DNA of 61,712 nt, filler included, from Sphacelaria rigidula (GCA_964200075.2; 7 parts of 7 records of this genome joined end to end with filler, not necessarily neighbours in it), one strand, 5' to 3'. Shown: positions 23,426-36,575, counted from the first letter of the whole stretch. A program made the numbers and translations. The notes: a model not told the origin generated them from the sequence alone.

Positions 23426-25427
23426 CCCCTTTACTGTCTGTTGCATACGATCATTTTCTTCCCCATGACCTTACTTGCTGTGGTCATGACGAAGCGCTCA
23501 CATCCTTCTACAACCTTCGCTCCTGTCCTATTCCTGTCTCTTCCGGCATTAGCAATACCTACGCTTTCAAACAACGTCACTGTATTTTTGGTTATCGTTT
23601 CTTGAAACTCTTTCTGCCCTTTTTGCATTTCTAGTTTTTATATTCCTCCTTTGTACAACTCCTTACCCCGCCTGTTATTTATAACCCTCGTCTGTTGACT
23701 ATCTATCCATAGTAGACAATGATCCGTAGTTCCTACGTCCACTGCGCGTGAGTGTACTCCCGTTTCCTAACTGCTTCCATATTATATAACTGAATAGTCA
23801 AGAATGGAATCTTAACCCCTTCGTATGCTTTGTCTAGTTCATTGCGGATCTGCCCTTTATACTCTATTGTCTAACGTCTTCATATCATATTCTCAACGAA
23901 CTTCCACGTGTCTACCCCATCTGTCTTATTCGTTTCTCTGTACCGCCCAACATCATCATTCGGTTGCCTTGCTTTTCCAGTCCTCGCCTTGAAACCTAAC
24001 ACGAAAATGCCTTTTTTTGTTCGCCTTTCATACATACGTGCATCTGCTACCATCTCCCCGAACTTCCTTTGTATATATTTTGCTGTGCCCTCCGACCCTG
24101 GGGGCATATAAATGTTTCCTAATGAAAAATATTCCGTTCTTCGCTCCCCTAGTACCCAGATCCATATTCCCTCGTCAAATCCATGTCTTCGATCACTTCT
24201 ATTTTGTCACACAGGTATTCCTTCACCAAGAATCCTACTCCCTCCGCTCCCCTATTCTTGTGTTTGTGTCCAATCGCTCCTTCCCTATCCATGCGTACTC
24301 TCCAACTTTGTTAAACGGTACAACCCTACTTCCTCGCATCTCCTCTTGAACTCAATTCTCGTCATATCGCAAGTGAATCTAAACACTATTAGCACTAGAA
24401 TTTTCATGGGTCCGATCCTGAGTTCTCTATTTACCCTTCTTTACCGTCTCTTTCTCGATCTCTTTCGAGATTATCTAAAGCACGTTCGTTTTGAACGTTG
24501 CAGTGGGACATAATAAAGGTACAATTTGATTTTTTTATAAAGATACTCGAATATGCCAATCCTGGTAGTAGGGGGGCATTCGGTCACGACCGCCTTGCGA
24601 GGTTCAAAATAGGGTACCCCTGACGTGGTTTTAAGCTCATGTCCTCGGCCGAACGGAGGGAAATATCATATTTTCGGCCGTGGTCGAAGCATGCCCCGAC
24701 AGCTGAGACGTTGTCCTGCATCATCTCGCCGCCTTATTTTTTTTCGTTTCGACTTACTTCTGCGTTTTTTTCGTTTCCTTTTGTTCGGAACAAATTTTCG
24801 AACGTAAAATCTTCATCCGAACACAAATCTGGCTCGTTCAGCCTCTCTGAGCGCGATTTTATCTAGCAGATTAAGATTTCGGACACCAGGCCCTCGGAGA
24901 ATGGTTTTCGGGGTAAGGAACTCAAATCAATTATCCGATTCTCTGGACCTTGACTTTTAGTACTTCACCTTTCTGCTCAAGTTGAGACAACACCGAATAG
25001 GTGTGTATATAACACAGATCTGCGGCCAATACCTGTTCGTCCTACACAAACATTTCTGACTTTCATCAGCTTGAGCAATATTGGAGATACCAAAATACAA
25101 TGTGCAGATAATCTGCAGGTTTTGTCGTTTTCTCACAGCTAGACAGAAAACGTTGCCAAGCGGGCTGGTGTCCGAAAACATAATCCATGGGACAAAATCC
25201 CCTTCAGAGAGACTGAAATCCTCAGATTTGTACGAACGCTCATCTGCCCCCGTAAATACTGGTCTTAGACCCCGGCTTATCGAAAAAAAAAAATGGCAAT
25301 GTGATCATGATGATGTGAGAACGATATGATGGTTCATAACCTCATAATCAGTAGAAATATCCCGCCTTTCCTGTCGAGGGCAAGACAAAACTACGACGAG
25401 AATGTGATGACGTGACAACACGCGAGC

Positions 25428-25739
25428 AGACTAGAGATTTCCAGCAGGATGGCAATCATACGCAAGGTGCGTCGGCATTGTCGCATGGTCGGATTGCGGA
25501 CCGTCTCTGGCATGAGGAGAAGCAGCAGCAGCAGCAGCAGCAGCAGCATTGTCGACACCGGATGATTCAGCCCCACCTCCAATCGTACACAACTGGAGGT
25601 GGTAGTGCAGCTGCTGCTGCTGCTGCTGGCGCACCTGCTGCTACTTCTTTTCCACGTGCGAGAGACGGTCCGCGTTCCAACCGTGCGACAATGCCGATGT
25701 ACCTTGCGCGTGATCGCCACCCTGCTGGGGATCTCTGTC
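25428..25739. repeat. About 310-bp inverted repeat with (CAG)n and (CTG)n in opposite arms
   Basis: AGAGATTTCCAGCAGG...CCTGCTGGGGATCTCT, with inner stem CCACCTCCA/TGGAGGTGG. Confidence 0.88.
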
Positions 25740-26336
25740 CGTACTACCCGCCGATGGATCCATGCTTGCTGTTCACTGGGCGCGTTTCTCTTTCCATCTC
25801 AGGTGCGCGGTTCTGTGTGGTCGTGATCCGAACAGTCCACGCGTGGCAACCATTTTACGTTGCCTTTCGCACTCTCATCGGCATGTTTCTCCGTGCTCAC
25901 AACAAGAATGATTTCAAGGGCGTGAGAACCGAACATCAACCCTCCATCAATCATAGGGACGAGTTAAATTTGAATCGTCTTAATCATAGTTGGTTGAATG
26001 TTCATTACTTTTTTCCCGATAAGACGAGGCCTTCGTCCATCTCTTATGATTCAGGGTGTGAAAATGTCGATTTGAATATTTCCTCAAATTTTCTATCGGC
26101 CGAGATGGCAAGTTTTCTGATGACTTCTTGCCGGTGTGTACGCAGCCAGCATTCCTGCAGCCCGCAACTCCCCCCACTCGGCGACAATTGAAGTCACATA
26201 TTTCACATAATTTACCGACCCACTTACTGGAGCAGCGCCTCAAGTCCCGTGGCTCGGCTTTGCGTGTGGTCGCCATGATGCTTGAGGAATATCCAGCCAT
26301 CATTATGCGAGCGAGTTGGCTTCGATCGTTGCCGTT

Positions 26337-26392
26337 GGGGGGGGAGGGGCGTACTCATTTGTTGCTTGCCTTAGTCGTTCGACCATTGACCA
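26337..26392 (-). mobile_element. C-tailed LINE 3' end, cut by the contig end
   Basis: G-run followed by CGTACTCATTTGTTGCTTGCCTTAGTCG. Confidence 0.85.
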
Positions 26393-26492
26393 NNNNNNNN
26401 NNNNNNNNNNNNNNNNNNNNNNNNNNNNNNNNNNNNTTAATTAATTAANNNNNNNNNNNNNNNNNNNNNNNNNNNNNNNNNNNNNNNNNNNN
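26393..26492. other. Artificial contig linker
   Basis: N-run, TTAATTAATTAA, N-run. Confidence 0.98.
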
Positions 26493-27261
26493 GGGGGAGA
26501 TGGGGGGCGAGGGGGGAGGGCGGGGGGTGGAGGCGCGCGGGCGGGGGGGGGGGGGGGGGGCTGGCGAGAAGAAACGTGCAAACTGGGATTCGGCCATTTG
26601 TTCCTCGAAACTGCACACCCGGGGATGATGCTCCATCATCCGCGGTGGTATTCAAAGTGGTGTGAATACTATCTGTATGTTTCGAAGAGACCACCGCTGT
26701 CGGTAGCACGCACTTGGTGAACGATAGCGTGCGGCGAGGGGGGGGGAGGGGGGGGGGGGGTATGCGATGGGTAATGGGTGACTCAATTGGAACTCCTGAC
26801 AAGTTCGCACCCGGGCGAGATACCTGATAATCCCCGACGTTGCACGAACAAAGAGTTGTGCCCTTCTTGCAACATAGGGAAGCTGGAAGACAACCGATAG
26901 TTTCCCGCGAGGAGAGCAAATGGTTGCGCTCTAACAGTGTAGGGAATCCGGCAGTTTTACATCCTCCCGTCCCCCGGTCATGGAACGACTCTCTGCATGA
27001 GATGCCAATTGAGGTGTTGCAGAGTCACCACCTGTGGCTAGCCCTGTCTGCCACAGCCCATAGTTGTACCTTTCATACCCCACCCCCGAAACGCGCCCGT
27101 AGATATCCTGATGAGTACACACTTTTTGTCAGAGCAAGCGCTTTGTTCTCTAAACCTACCGGTTCTTCAGAATGTTTGCAAAAAACTGATAAGCTTAACA
27201 AAATGATTTTTCCCACCCGGGTCTGGAGCAATGACAAAGACGTGTGTATTTCGTCCGTCGT

Positions 27262-27809
27262 CACACCTTGAATCCCTCCCCTCCCTTGGGACGAGTCTGT
27301 GGTCTCAAGGGATCAGCCCTTCTCTCCCCGGTGCACGCCTTGCATATTGATCTTGCGGATTGGCTCAGCACTCTCGCACCGTGTCGACTCTCATCAATCA
27401 AACCCAGTCAGCAACTTCTTGTCTACTCACGCACACCCTCTTTCGATGGTGATAAATCAGGTACTTGAAAAAAAATGACATGAGACACTTTCTACGATAG
27501 CCCGCCCCCAAACCAGCCCAAAAGTGTCACAAAAAAATGGCCATACAGCGCCTGATGCTTGGGTTCAGGCCGTATGAAGCGCCTCATATTGGCAATATTG
27601 GCTGAAACGAACCCAAGCGTGGGAATTCCCAGCTGTTCGTTGTGCTCGGCGTTTCCCATTTCGATTTATGTGAAGACTTTGCCTTCCAAAACCATGCACG
27701 TTTTGGGGGGGGGCTATAGTAGAAAGTGTTATGATCCTACCAGGAATCGAACCCACCATCTATTCACCCTTAAGCTTTTTGTCTACCCATAAGACCACCG
27801 GGGCGCGGC
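27262..27809 (-). mobile_element. tRNA-headed SINE family B, interrupted by a MITE
   Basis: Minus-strand A-box-like GGTGGTCTTATGG and B box GGTTCGATTCC. The body is shared with 43843-43960, 47233-47570 and 47805-48030. Confidence 0.7.
27484..27730. mobile_element. MITE family G, copy 2
   Basis: Homologous to 10246-10496. 4-bp TSD ATGA. Confidence 0.9.
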
Positions 27810-28278
27810 GTACTAGTCGCGGGAAACATCAAGGAATGTGGAGGAGATGGCCTACCTGGAGCGTGTACGCCGCTCGCACCCGGGAGGCTGCTTTGACCTG
27901 CGATAGAGTTGTTGCTTCCGATCGATTCGCTCGTTGCCGCCTGAACGTTGTTCGAGCGCTGGAAGGCCCCGTTTCTACCATTGATATGTCTGCGCAAATC
28001 CCACGAAATACATCACAACGTGCAGAGGACAGGGTGCCTTATCGAGGCAAGGTGGAAGCCCGCGGATTCCATTCCCGACAAATGCGGTATTTTAGGGGCA
28101 AAATCTAGGTTCCGTCGTTGAAGACGACACGACTCCTACAGCAGAGAAAATTTCACAAGAGGCGCTAAGGGTATACGAGGTTACTGGTCCAATCCTCGAT
28201 GATAGGTTCGTAAGGTAGGTACCGGGGAGCAAGGGGTTAATCTCCGAGGACGAAGACGCATTCCGGAGAAGAGGAGAG

Positions 28279-30012
28279 CTAAAACATGTGACGAAAGGGA
28301 AAACAACAAGTGCGGAGACAGTATCGGTGCTCCCAAGCGATGATAAGGAGGATGGCGTCGACTACACGTGCCTGTCAAAGTTGTTCAAGTTTGGAAAAGA
28401 CCTCGTGACATTCTGCAACAAAATCAGATGGTGAGACACAATGCATAGATACGTAGCCACGGCATGTGGCCTTCGTCAGTACTTGCCAAGTCGTACACCT
28501 TGTGGTACAACCGGGTCGTCAATGCTCGGGCATTCGCAGGCTTATCTGATATCTATCAGAGCTGATATCTAAGAGAGATCAAGCCTTAATCCGCCAAAAG
28601 TTGACGTTTTTTTATGGCAATTAAAGCCTCCAGACGTGGCAATACAGATCAGTACAATAGCTATGAAGAAATAACGTATCATAGGTGGTCAGCAGGAGAA
28701 TACACCCGTATGATGCAGCGCACTCGGTCGTGAAAAACCTCGACAACCTGCTCACAAATGTCAACTTCAGGTTTCACATCAACTGTCCCCACGACCCGAG
28801 TGTTGCATCGAAAAGCTTCCCGCGCAGGCAAGGTCTTCACTCACCTTGTCGACGTCCCAGGTAACGATTGAAGCCTTAGAACACGCCGAGTGGTAGAAGA
28901 GGGCAACGCGATAACGGCTCCTTTCACAGGGGTCGACGGCGGCGCCGCCGATGTGGCAACGGTGCTGCTCGCCTTGCCGGGTACAGCTTTTCTTAGCGAA
29001 CGCCTGTTTGGGCAGCAATGTTAGCAACAGTGTCGCGAAACATCACGCGGAGTGTGTGGTTGTGGACTGAAAAAAAAGAGAGATGGGTGTGCGTGTTGGA
29101 GAATGGGGAGATAGTTCTTACCGCAGTGCCGCAGTATCAGTATTACCAGTCTGTCTTGACGATCCCGACTCGTTTCCTGAGTCATCGATAGAGTACAGGA
29201 TGTACTAGATGCGATCAAAAACCAAGAGCTTCCGGTTGAGTCGGACTTCCGTAGATAGAGTGTTGTGTGATAGCTCGCTGTTACCCGTTCGGCGGGAAAT
29301 AGAGTAGCTTTTCCACGCATGGGCGTCAAGGTTAGTATTGACACATTGTAGGAACGGCTAACGTCTGCGACTCGGGTAGCAATACAAGATTATGAGCTTG
29401 GTTTTATCTCGCGAAGTTTGGTGGCTGCGTGTTCATCGTCTGTATACCGAGTCTGAGGGCTTCACTACGTTTCGTGATGCTCCTTAGTGCATGGCTAGTA
29501 CTGTGACCAGCCGATATACTACGTGTACGATAGGGATATAGACAACTACAAACGTAACAACGGTCGATTTTCTCTGACAGGATGAGAGTCATCGGTACGA
29601 AGCGTTCGCTGACGAGAGCCTGAGTCCGCGCAGCCTTGTCGACAATCGACTCCTTGACCACCGAGCCGACCCCATGCCCCCTTCCGCCCTGCAGAAGAAG
29701 ATACGGTGTCCCGCAGCAACAAGCTCACTTCGGCCCGATCTGCTTGTCTTCTTGGCCCATCGATCTTTGTACGTGCCTTGCGTTTTGGTCTCATGAGGAG
29801 GGCGCAGTCGTCCCAAGCCCGCGTCGGCCACTAGCTGCAGTGTGCCGTTTGAGGCGCATACCCACACATGCCTCATCTCCGTCGACGTGTTTTCCGTGAC
29901 AGTGCCCCAACTTGGGATAAATTTCTGCAGCTGCGGGGCTCACTTTGGTTCCCAGTACTGGGTAAAAGTCAGCAGCTGCAGGGCTAAGCCTGGAGTTCAG
30001 CACCATGAACAT
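28279..30012 (-). CDS. Tentative spliced gene or pseudogene with two PAM2-like motifs and a degenerate CCCH-like finger; exons 30012-29866, 29688-29554, 29003-28845, 28371-28279
   Basis: All junctions are GT-AG and phase 0, giving 177 aa. Motifs SRLSPAAADFYP and TKVSPAAAEIYP. CY|AFAKKSCTRQGEQHRCH forms across a junction. The gene may extend further upstream. Confidence 0.4.
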
Positions 30013-31071
30013 GACCCACTGACTGGATTGTGGGTTGCATCGCCGCTAACGTAATACACAGACTAGTGTGTAGGCCATGTCACTCTCATCTACTCGTACG
30101 CGCGTGGTTGTGTTGTTTGGTTGCTGGTTGAGGCCAGCTTACCACGACACAACCATCCCCAGTCGGGTGGCGGTCGGGAGGCAGGGAAATCACTATACGA
30201 CAGCGTATACCCTTTTCTCATATCACATACACTGCTGTCTGTATAGCATAGGACATGTCGAGCGAGTCCTTGCTCGCGAAACCTTGAGTCATGAGACTGC
30301 TCCGAGAAGAAAGGGGTACGAGCTTGTTCGGGTCATGCAACAAACTGGGGAGAATGGGAACAACTCCGACTCGAGTCACATGACGAGTTCAGAAGAATAT
30401 GGATGTACCTGAACATGATGATCTCGTATTTTTCTGAACCATGAAGACGAGTCCGACTCGAGTCATGATGGATGGTTCCGAAACAATCCGGGCGGATCTA
30501 ACTCGTTATCGCGACTAATTTTGCGAGATACGAAAGGATCTGACCCGATTCATCACGACTAATTTGAGAGATTCAACGGATACAAGACCCGGGATTAAGA
30601 TCCGGATCCTTTCGACGTGTGCACGTTTTCTAGTATCAATCCTTGTTTTTTACTCAATCGTCGGGGTTGCGTCAGGCCTACTCGTATACCCTGCAGCCAG
30701 GGGATTGGCTGTCACAGCACACGAAGCAGAACACGAACCTCCTCAGTAGTTGTCGAGGTTGATTTTTCCTGCCGATGAATGTTCAGGATGGCTCAAAGTA
30801 TTTTTCAGTTGAAAGGAATACCGCAAAGCCGAGGAGTTCGAACAAGTAAAAAACAAGACGTGGTTGTTTCGGATTGGCTGAAATCAGTACGTAGTATGTA
30901 AAAGTAGCGACACGAGAACGCCACCATCAGGTGGATCCTCAGTGCTACCATCACCTAGTGCGTGCTGTGCTTGCACCTTCGGCGGTGTCCGTGGCGCCTC
31001 TAGTACACAGGGTCAGAGAGCAATAGGTAGCACTGACAGTACAAAACAGCACGATATAGTATGTTAGAAGA

Positions 31072-31455
31072 GCCGGTCGCCCCGGTGGCTCAGATGGTAA
31101 CTTCGAAACCTTATAGAGGTTGGGTCGTGGGTTCGAATCCCGGAGCGGTCTGGGATTTTCTTCTCACACAATGCCCAACAGTGGAGAGTGGCCATATCGT
31201 GAGTGCACAAATTCGAGGAAATGATCGGCGAGAGAAAGGGATTGCTGAACCCCTCTCGCGATAAAAAGGACAGGCAAGCACTGCAGAAGGAAAATGAAGG
31301 CTTGAAATAAAAATCTCTTGTGCTAGCCATCCTCCTGTGAGACCCCGGCTGGTGCTACCACATATACCGAAAGGTATAGACCGGCGTCCACAATAGATGG
31401 GATGACAACACACACAGTAGTAGGCCCATTTTGCATGGGGCGTACACACAGCAGA
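31072..31455 (+). mobile_element. tRNA-headed SINE family A
   Basis: A box TGGCTCAGATGG, B box GGTTCGAATCC. Head, body and tail are homologous to 51085-51643 (minus). Confidence 0.82.
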
Positions 31456-34400
31456 TGGATATTTTAATATTAATATTTTAATATGCCGAAATCCGCAAGT
31501 TCTGCGGCCACGTCGGGGGTGGGAGTGTCAAAGTATTTAGATACTTGTTGATTCGTTTTTAATATTGTCGTACATCAACGAAGGTAGTTCCATGCATAGG
31601 TGGATTCATGCATGGTGACTCGACTTGAATTTCCGCATTGTGAAGATTCTCTGGACAACATGACACGTTCTCATCGGCTAAATTGTATGATCCCTGCTTG
31701 AAGTCTGCATTTGCCCGACATGGGGACAAATCCGTCTCGAGTCATCACAGCTACTTTGATAATACTGTGACGAAGGAATCTGGGTCGGATCATCATCCCA
31801 ACGATTCTCTGAAAACGGGACGGGTCCGATTCCAGTTACTACGACTGATTCGAGGAAATACGGACGGGTCTGATGGGAATCATGACGACTTATATGTGAC
31901 ACTGAGGACGAGACTCGAGTCATGACATTGAGATCGATATATCCGAGTCCAGTGGCGTGGACCCGGGTTCTTTGGAGTTATGTGCGAGACGGGAGGGTCT
32001 GACAATTGTACAGGAGTTAATGAAAGTCGATCTCCGGAAATCAATCACGCCAGTCTTGGGGTGGAGTTCTCGTAAATTCGCCATATGATTTTGCACGCGA
32101 TGCAGATCTGGAGCGGCCGTATGCGCCCCGCACAAAGTCGCGGTAAGAATGGAACGCGGTTCACAGCCCATGCAAAGTTGATAATGCACTCTGAGACGAG
32201 GCAAGAGAGGTTGAGCCATATATAGTATTGCTTATAGCCAGAGGAATGCGTTTTCCTCCCCGCAACCTCACCCCGTGCCCATGAATCGCGGAACATTCCT
32301 CCGTTAGCTCTGTTTCCCAGGTCGCTTGTAAGAGAAAGAAAAACCCCTTTTACGGAGCTGTTCTTGAATGAAGCTCGAGGTCGACGATCTCCAGATGTTT
32401 CGTTTTTCGATCGGTTTCACCGATTTGTTGGGATCTCTCGCCATCGTATGCGTCACATTCTCGAAACATCTCCCGATCGTTTTATATCTCAGGCCGGTTG
32501 GAGAAATGAAGAAAAAAATACATCGCAAACGTGTTATCACGTAACCCCTTAAGTGCGAGTGGTGGTCCATCTGGGAACTGGCATCTCCTTTACCTGAAAA
32601 CGGAATCAAAATGATACCGATTCACAAATGGACCACCGCTTGCGTGGGGGCCTGGCTCACTTACAACCGAAAGCGCGTTCTACTGGCTGGCCGTTGGTGG
32701 AGAGAGTGACGCAAGTTATGAAAACCAATCACCCGAGAACTTACAAGAGCGAAGTTTCTGCATATATCTCATATCAGTCAGTTAGTACTTCGGTAGTACA
32801 ATACTGCACCTTATGGCGCGGCACATCACGGCACGGGACATCACGGCACGACACGGCACGGGATATCACGGCATGGCACGGCACCGCGTAGTAGAGTACA
32901 GTCCTACATATGGCCCTCTATAGCTAACCTTGTCACCGAGAGACGTGGCTCCCAGCTCGATACCAGGGCGACAACGGCGTGCCTCGACAAGCTGTTCGTG
33001 AGCAAGACGGCAATGAGCGTACAGTATACCGCGATAGAGTACAGGATGCATGTTCCGATACCACTGATCGCAGTATATTTGAGCCATATTATCACCAGTA
33101 AAATGGCGATATTTCCATCAACACTAACACCTGCGACAGTGTGCCGCGAATGAATGTGGTCGCTATTGAATATATTGATGTACAGTAATGTCCCCACCAG
33201 AAGCTACCCGCAGGAAGGGAGGACTACACCGGTACACGTCCAGGACGTGAGGGCGCGGTCGATAGCACGGCATTCAGGAGTTATCTTGCAATTCTGCACC
33301 AGCCAAGGGTCCACGTTTTTTTGGCATATTTTCGTGTTGATATGAAAAATAAGCGGAGATGTGTGCAAGTCGAATCTATGCTGACACTGGCTCATCCGCT
33401 GTAGCTACCGACGGGTTGTGCACACGGTCACTCTGCTGCCAGCCGTGGCTGAAGGGGTACGGAGGAGCGACGGGCTTTACCATTGGTCCGTACTGCAGTC
33501 GTCGCGTACTGGCGGCTCCCCTGATCTCTCAGCTATTTGTCGTTGTTAGCACATTGGACAGCTTGACTTTGATTTGTGTCAGCGGGGAGGTGTGATAAAC
33601 GCGATTTCTTGCGCGACTTTCCCGTACTCTACCACCAAAATATGGAATATCTCACAGGAAAATAGCGGCGTATCGAGGTGAATCGAGTAGGAAATATGCG
33701 ATAGGACCTAGGCCGTTCAGACACTACATCCTGATCATCTCGACCACAGTATGATGAGTTGATTATGGTGCAAAGCCGGTGTTGCTATGATATCGCCTCG
33801 GCACATTTTTCCTGTGTTAACGAACAAAGAACTAGCCGTCCCTGCTAGCTGGCCGCTTGATCGCTTTTTCCTCTGCTGATGTGGTTGGTTTGGCACTCCC
33901 GTAAATAGAAAGACGCCGTCAACGATACACACATGTAGCAGCAACACGCCTTGGGACCCCAAAAGGGTCTGAGGCCCCCAAGATCGTCAGCGGCAAAAAA
34001 CGTTCTTCTGCTTCTGTATTCCGTTCCACTGGCTTCTTCGGGTCCCGGCTATTGTATGTCCTACGACCTGGTTCGCGCTCATCACCCAGAACTTACTCAT
34101 ACGCAAATTTACGCGCCAATGTTTGGAGTGAGACTCCGAAAAACTGCACACATATACTGTGGGACATTACGAAGCCTTTCGATGAATTACTTTGTATTTT
34201 TTTCGCTAGTTATCGGGGGTCCCTAGGTCCTGGCGGATCACATGCCTTTCTGGGATCCTCGTTAACTGGCGACACATGATTCCGTTCACAATAACTTTTT
34301 TATTATCCCATAGTGAATGTATGCATAATTTCAGATTTTAACTCCAAGAATCGCCACGAATAGTTGTGCCTTTTGTGTATTGAAGTGAGCTGGAAAGGTT

Positions 34401-35112
34401 ATAAACCCCAGGTACTCAATTTGAGTATCGAAACATATTTTCGGGTATACATGAGGTTTACAAGTTCCACGACGAAACTTTGTGAAAGGTGTCCTCGGAC
34501 TACCTCGAGACGCGTGTATTCTTTATCATTTTTAGTAGTTACCCACCGGCTTCCGGAGTCTTCCCGCAGGGACCCCAGATTCAGGCAAAGAGCGGGAAAA
34601 CTTTGAAAATATTCCAACAGATATATTTCTCCATTTGAGGCGCCAATACCTACCGAACTACCACGCTTGAGGGTGATCGGAACTTTTCTACAACAAATAA
34701 AAGGGAAACCGTTAGGGGGCTTCTGGGTCTAGGTGTCTATCATCAGCGGTAATCTCACGACGCCAAAACCTCATCACCGGAATATCACGGTTTCCAGTAT
34801 AATTTGATCATATTGTCCCTATTTCCCACTGTGTGATTTCCATTAGATTCCCGAGCTGATGACGGTTACTATGATTTGAAGCATGTGGAAATTGTGTAGA
34901 AATTGTGTAGAAACTGTGTTTGGAATTCGTAGTCATTTGAAGGCTGATTGATTGAGGCACCTTTTCGCCCTTAGCGCCATCCCTATGGCCTCAAACAAAA
35001 TCCGGCTGTATCACCCTTTGCAGTTGCTCATGGCGGTGAGTGTGATCCCGTGTAGGTGACAACAGTATATATATATTGCGAAAGGCATTTACTTTTGACA
35101 TAGGTTTCGGTG

Positions 35113-35222
35113 GACACTTTCTACGATAGCCCCCCCCCCAAAAGTGCATAATTTTGTGAGGCGAAATCTTCACGTAAATCGAAAGGGGGAAAGCCGAGCG
35201 CAACGAGAAGCTGGGAATTCCC
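35113..35222. mobile_element. MITE family G, partial copy at the contig end
   Basis: GACACTTTCTACGATAGCCCCCCCCCC plus internal homology to the other copies. Confidence 0.85.
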
Positions 35223-35322
35223 NNNNNNNNNNNNNNNNNNNNNNNNNNNNNNNNNNNNNNNNNNNNTTAATTAATTAANNNNNNNNNNNNNNNNNNNNNN
35301 NNNNNNNNNNNNNNNNNNNNNN
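35223..35322. other. Artificial contig linker
   Basis: N-run, TTAATTAATTAA, N-run. Confidence 0.98.
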
Positions 35323-35779
35323 TTCCCCCCCCCACCCCCTTCCCCTCTAATAAACGAGGTTAAACCAAGCTGGGTCCCCCCCCCCCCCCCCTCAAAACCT
35401 CGAAATTTCGATTTTGGGCCTGCGTGTGTCCCGAAATATTTTCGCCGTAGCCCCCTGACGTCCCCGGAAATGTTCCGCGTATTGATAATAAAAATGTCGT
35501 GTCCAAATTTCAGCACCCAACTTCTCACAATTAACTACCGCGTCACCCGATTGCCGACAAAATACACGATCAGCTGGCCCAGCTCGTATCACCAATCCAG
35601 TCGCCGTATGCAGGTCATATTAAGCTGGTTTTCGACCCTTCAGCTGTTATCTCTATGCCTCGAACGGTCAATCCATCTTTGGAGAAATGTGACCAACTCG
35701 GGGGATGGAGGGGGGGCTACCGCAGAGCGTGTACTCGCATGCTATAATAGAGCAATGCTACGCTAGGGGTGCACTTTTT

Positions 35780-36575
35780 CGCGAAATTTTGTCTGGTTTA
35801 GGGACTCGTAACGATTCTGGAAGCACAAGAATATAAGTCAGGGCATCCCCGTTTGCAGATTAATCCGGGATGTTCCCAGCACGTTGGAATAGAAATCCTG
35901 GCGTACTCTCGCATATTTTCATAAGTCGTNNNNNNNNNNTGGATGAGATAAAGGGCTCCTAACAATTCTAACCTCAGAAAATATGTGTGCACTCCTACCG
36001 TAGCATCACTCAATAGATACTCAATTTCATGCCCCCTAACAACTTTTTCGACGCATCCCTCTTACAGCTGCACAATGTGGCACTAACTCTACTCAACGGT
36101 GTGCTGAGGCATGCGAAGAACGGCATGGGTAATGCCTTAAACTGCGCCATAGAAGGCAGGAATCGCGAAGAATGTTCCGCCCGAAGCGTACTGATTATCT
36201 TGCATATGAATGACAGCCTCCAATGAGTTGCTTCATTTCCTGGTATCGCCACTTCCGTAGACAGCCACGACTTATACTCGGGGAGGGGGGAATCATATTA
36301 GACCAGTAACTACGAGCTGGGCCAGCCAAGAGTAGATCGCCCAATATAACAGGATCGGCATGAATGACGCCATACCGAAGAGCAACAGGATTGTACGTTT
36401 CACCCCTATCTTCGGTCTTGTTGTACTTTTCTTCTTTTTTTCTTTTTTTTTTGTTCCCCCCCCCTTTTTTTTCCCTAGAGCGCGTTTCAGTTTCGTTTTT
36501 CTTGGGTACGTCTATCATGAGACCATGATTGGACCCCTGGAGGGCCAGTTAATGTGCGACAACCAATCAATCAAA
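35780..36575 (+). mobile_element. Probable LINE 3' fragment with T-rich UTR and (CAAT)n tail
   Basis: The 3' end is shared with 3205-3325, and internal 36180-36238 is shared with 44155-44213. The 5' boundary is approximate. Confidence 0.55.

Larger units (their letters stand above)
19915..24420 (-). mobile_element. Decayed APE-type LINE (endonuclease + RT), split by an opposite-strand copy of the same family at 20980-22872
   Basis: Endonuclease-like remnants (VLGFKARTG, SILDY, TTDHCL) and RT remnants (KLKNRKAAG|ADQIVNE, GVAQGCTLTP, YLVVEI) in collinear order. Confidence 0.88.

Noticed and set aside
25412-26191. 259-aa polyQ/polyA protein
   Set aside because: The ORF runs through an inverted repeat with CAG/CTG tracts and has no recognisable domain.
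26560-27260. Cys-rich transposase (KDZ/CxC-like) remnant
   Set aside because: Stops and frameshifts leave no diagnostic motif that I can support.
31080-31150. tRNA gene (also 27735-27809, 51570-51643, 56821-56890)
   Set aside because: A and B boxes are present, but there is no proper cloverleaf. Most continue into shared repeat bodies, so they are SINE heads.
32815-32888. GGCAC-type pentamer array as a regulatory element
   Set aside because: It is a short degenerate simple repeat with no further support.
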